Positions 60,946 to 64,000 of a stretch of DNA of 64,000 nucleotides are shown here, piece by piece. Below the pieces are notes generated by a model. It saw nothing but the letters and a program-made list of their open reading frames with translations. It ran no database searches and was not told the DNA's origin. A program made the position numbers and the translations under genes. Source of the stretch: Candidatus Eremiobacteria bacterium (GTDB taxonomy: Bacteria > Vulcanimicrobiota > Vulcanimicrobiia > Vulcanimicrobiales > Vulcanimicrobiaceae). Numbering within the stretch: the stretch's first letter is position 1; every line of letters starts with the position of its first letter. The DNA lies in NCBI GenBank assembly GCA_963758295.1, contig CAVWUU010000001.1, forward strand, positions 768,001 to 832,000. The letters are read 5' to 3'.

Positions 60946-62325
60946 TTACCTCAAGTCGGCAACGGCGCTGCGGGCATCGTAAATCCCGAGCGACACGCGA
61001 AGTTTAACGACGGCATTGACATAGGCGACGCGCGCGCTCACGAAATCCGATTGTGCCGTAACGGACTGCTGTTGTGTTTGCAGGACGTCCGAAAGCGCGA
61101 TGAGTCCGTGCTGATATTGTAATTGTGACACGCGTGCGGATTCGGCGCCCAGGCGCGCTTCGTCTCTTGCGAACGCGAGCTGAGCTTGCGCCGTTTGCGC
61201 GGCGCGGTAGCTCTGCCGCACGTCGATCTGCACCTGCGTGGTGGCCTGCTCCAGCGCTACCTGGGCCGATGCGACGGCGGCCTCATCGCTGACGCGTTCG
61301 CTATGCCGTTGACCGTAGTCAACAAACGGCAGCGTGAACGTACTCGTCGCGGAAAGCGTCCAGAAGCCCGGCGATCCTTGGCGCGGAACCGCCACCGGCT
61401 GACCGTCCGGCCCGAGCACGAAGCCTTGACTCGTGGGGGAGAACTGATTACCGAACGCCGCGCCGATTTGGACCTGCGGAAAGAGTTCGCGATTCCAGCC
61501 CTTGCGCGTCGCTTGAGCGGCAGCTAAGGATTGCTGCGCCGCCTTCACGTCGGGACGCGTTTGCATTGCTACGGTTTCAAGTTTCGCTTCCGTGCCGCCC
61601 GGCAGCGCGGGGCTCGCGATCTCTTTCGGAAAATCGAACTGCGTGTCGATCGACGCGCCGATCGTTTGTGCCAGCGATTCGATGCCGTTCTGAACGTCGG
61701 CTTGCGCACCAACGAGCGTGGAGGCGCTCTTGGCTTGCGCCACTTGCGCCTTGAGCACATCGACGCCGGCGGCGACGCCCGCGTGTTCTTTGGCTTTTGC
61801 TACGTCGACCAGCGTCTTCTGGTACTGCAGATCCGATTGGTCGAGCGCGACGATGGCTTGCCGCTGCATTACCGTAAAGTACGATGCGGTGACGGTAGAC
61901 GCCAGCTGATCTTCGGTGTTCGCAAGCGTTTGGCGCGCCTGTTCGCTTTGCGCTCGCGCCGACGCTAGTTGCAGAAACGACAATCCGCCGGTCTGTAAGT
62001 TGTAGTTCGTTCCGACCTGCGCGGTGTTCTGACTGAAGACTTGTTGCTGCTGCACGCCAATTACCTGATAGGCGCCGCCATAGTTGGAGCTTTTCTGCGA
62101 GATGTTCTGCAACTGCCCGTTCACGGTAGGAAAGGCCGTCGCGCGGGCTTTGGCAAGACTGTTTTCGGCCGTCGCAAGAGTAGCGCGCTGCTGCGCGACA
62201 TTCGGGTTGTGGCTTAGGGCGTACGAAACCGCATCTACCAGCGTCATGGGTTGAGCCGATGCCGTGGCAGGCAACAAGAGAGCAGCCGCCGCAAGGGCGG
62301 CTGCAGCCGATAACCGGACGATCAT
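60946..62325 (-). CDS. TolC-family outer-membrane channel
   Basis: Signal peptide, ALSHNP, RPDVKAA, FPQV, YQHG...DVL. Confidence 0.9.
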   Translation of the reverse strand: MIVRLSAAAALAAAALLLPATASAQPMTLVDAVSYALSHNPNVAQQRATLATAENSLAKARATAFPTVNGQLQNISQKSSNYGGAYQVIGVQQQQVFSQNTAQVGTNYNLQTGGLSFLQLASARAQSEQARQTLANTEDQLASTVTASYFTVMQRQAIVALDQSDLQYQKTLVDVAKAKEHAGVAAGVDVLKAQVAQAKSASTLVGAQADVQNGIESLAQTIGASIDTQFDFPKEIASPALPGGTEAKLETVAMQTRPDVKAAQQSLAAAQATRKGWNRELFPQVQIGAAFGNQFSPTSQGFVLGPDGQPVAVPRQGSPGFWTLSATSTFTLPFVDYGQRHSERVSDEAAVASAQVALEQATTQVQIDVRQSYRAAQTAQAQLAFARDEARLGAESARVSQLQYQHGLIALSDVLQTQQQSVTAQSDFVSARVAYVNAVVKLRVSLGIYDARSAVADLR

Positions 62326-62335
62326 AGTAGTCTCG

Positions 62336-63061
62336 CTACTTGGCTCCCATGACTGCGAACAGCGCCGGGATCACGAACATAATTATGCCGGCAAGCCATG
62401 CCTGAACTTTGCCGACGCGTCCGATGACCAGCATTGCCGTAATCGCGAGGGCTGTTGCCCAGATCGTAAACGGCGTGACCGAGGCAAGCAACGCGGTCAC
62501 TTTCGTGCTCGCATTCGGAACCACCATTGCCAGAGACGGAATCGCTTGTTGCACCGACTGCGGGCTGTTGAACGACTCGGCGCCGCGCAGGCTGACGACG
62601 ATCGCGTTAACGACCGCCGAGATGCCGCCGCCAATCACGGCAATGTTGCACGATGCCGCCCAGTACTTCGCAAACGAGCCCTGCCCGCGTCCGAGTGCGT
62701 TGAAAATCAGCATGACAACCGCTTCGATCAAGCAGATGATCGGCACGCCGAAAATCACGATGACCCACGTGTAAGCGATGAATTTCTGGCTAATCGCCAG
62801 CGCCGCTTGTTGCCGTTCCGGCGAAGCCGCCGCAAGTTGCGGGTTGCTAGCGACCTGATGCGGCCAATCTGCGGCGATGGCGTGCTGGATGGCCGGCGTG
62901 ATGAGATACGAGCCGATCGCCGTTAGGATGATTGCTACGAGTAACGCCCATCCCCACGTCGGGACAATGCGGATCGATTCGAACGCCTCCTTGGGGGCAA
63001 CGATCGTATCGAAGAGCGTCTTTAAACCATTAGCCCGGGGCGCCGTAGACTCAACGGCCAT
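62336..63061 (-). CDS. Yip1 family membrane protein (YknW-like)
   Basis: TIVAPKEAFE motif, about five TM segments, PFTIW; first gene of the exporter operon. Confidence 0.8.
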   Translation of the reverse strand: MAVESTAPRANGLKTLFDTIVAPKEAFESIRIVPTWGWALLVAIILTAIGSYLITPAIQHAIAADWPHQVASNPQLAAASPERQQAALAISQKFIAYTWVIVIFGVPIICLIEAVVMLIFNALGRGQGSFAKYWAASCNIAVIGGGISAVVNAIVVSLRGAESFNSPQSVQQAIPSLAMVVPNASTKVTALLASVTPFTIWATALAITAMLVIGRVGKVQAWLAGIIMFVIPALFAVMGAK

Positions 63062-63094
63062 GTTCCACACCTTTCTCAAAAGCGAGAAGCAGCG

Positions 63095-63415
63095 CTACCA
63101 AAAGCTGATAGCGTGCAAGCACACGGATTGTTTCAGCTTCGTTGCTTCGCTGCCCCCTTTTCTCTGCGACGTCCGGCGAAGGAGTTCGTCGACGGAAATA
63201 TGGCGCCGAACTGCTTCCTCGGCGAGCGTCAACCGTTGCTCGCGTAGTTCCAAAAGCCTAAGTTGCAGGAGTGTCCTTATACGGTGCAAGGCGCGCGCCG
63301 AATACAAGTGCTCGATAGCGGTGCAAGACGGATGGGGCGAAACGGCGGCCGCCTGCAGAGAGGCGGCGAGGACGAGCGAGGTCACTTCGACCCCGGTGCG
63401 GTATCCGAAGAGCAT
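63095..63415 (-). CDS. Hypothetical protein
   Basis: GGAGG RBS 5 nt before the ATG; 106 aa with helical composition. Confidence 0.5.
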   Translation of the reverse strand: MLFGYRTGVEVTSLVLAASLQAAAVSPHPSCTAIEHLYSARALHRIRTLLQLRLLELREQRLTLAEEAVRRHISVDELLRRTSQRKGGSEATKLKQSVCLHAISFW

Positions 63416-63489
63416 AGTTTCCTCCGGGCGGCCTTCACGCGCTCCCCGCACTTTATAAAGTAGTCAAAACTTCGTTGAACACCGATACC

Positions 63490-64000
63490 TTGATCGTTCC
63501 GGCGCCGCCCTCCGAGGCTTACTGTCGCGTCATCCCCTTAGGCGGGTGCGGCGAAATCGGCCGCAACATGACCATCGTCGAGACGAACGACGATCTGGTG
63601 GTCGTCGACTGCGGACTGATGTTTCCCGACGACGAAATGTTCGGCGTTGACATTGTCATCAACGATTTCACCTACATTCGCGAGCGCGCGCACAAGCTGC
63701 GCGCCGTCCTGGTGACGCACGGCCACGAAGACCACATCGGCGGCATTCCGTACTTCTTGCGCGAATTTCCGCAGACGCCGGTCGTAGGTACGCCGCTCTC
63801 GATCGCGCTTATAAAAGCGAAGTCGCGCGAGCATAAGTTCAGCGACATCAATTTCGTAACGGTGCAGCCGGGCGACCGCGTTGCTTACGGCAGCATCGAT
63901 GCCGAGTTCGTCCACATCAATCACTCGGTGGCCGGAGCGTGCTCGCTCGCCATTCGGACGCCGGTCGGCATCATTTTTCACACCGGCGACTTCAAGTTCG
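63490..64000 (+). CDS. rnj: Ribonuclease J (5' part, runs off the window)
   Basis: RVIPLGGCGEIGRNM, VDCGLMFP, THGHEDHIGGIPY, NHS, HTGDFK; start codon uncertain. Confidence 0.93.
   Translation, partial: MIVPAPPSEAYCRVIPLGGCGEIGRNMTIVETNDDLVVVDCGLMFPDDEMFGVDIVINDFTYIRERAHKLRAVLVTHGHEDHIGGIPYFLREFPQTPVVGTPLSIALIKAKSREHKFSDINFVTVQPGDRVAYGSIDAEFVHINHSVAGACSLAIRTPVGIIFHTGDFKF

Noticed and set aside
63538..63981. 147-aa minus-strand ORF
   Set aside because: Antisense to the RNase J reading frame, which the ORF track missed because it runs off the window.

Overview
GC-rich bacterial chromosomal window made mostly of housekeeping and envelope genes. Gene content mixes Terrabacteria-type genes (decarboxylase...tmk-holB, RNase J, R3H-AAA ATPase) with outer-membrane genes (TolC, usher). 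This points to a diderm Terrabacterium, possibly Ca. Eremiobacterota/Vulcanimicrobiota (inference, not verified). Core genes: tmk, holB, mtnP, ychF, gdhA, lpdA-lipB-lipA, mutY, nth, scoAB, htrA-dnaK-grpE-dnaJ, rnj. Most notable: (1) a ~1.16 kb hierarchical array of REP/REPIN-like hairpin repeats at 42749-43905, with related copies at four other intergenic sites, one carrying a hairpin insert; (2) an NDM/VIM-like subclass B1 metallo-beta-lactamase; (3) a tightly coupled four-gene operon (molybdo-oxidoreductase, TPR-ATP-grasp, FAD/NAD(P)-binding protein, cysteine dioxygenase); (4) a Csu-type chaperone-usher pilus operon with a divergent LuxR regulator; (5) an exported Asr-like Lys/Ala-rich protein; (6) a Yip1-TolC-MFP-2 permease-ATPase exporter; (7) several structured intergenic RNA candidates. 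Three genes (lpdA, GDSL lipoprotein, CDGSH) carry single extra bases, at least partly likely sequencing/assembly errors. No rRNA, tRNA, CRISPR array or transposase was recognised.
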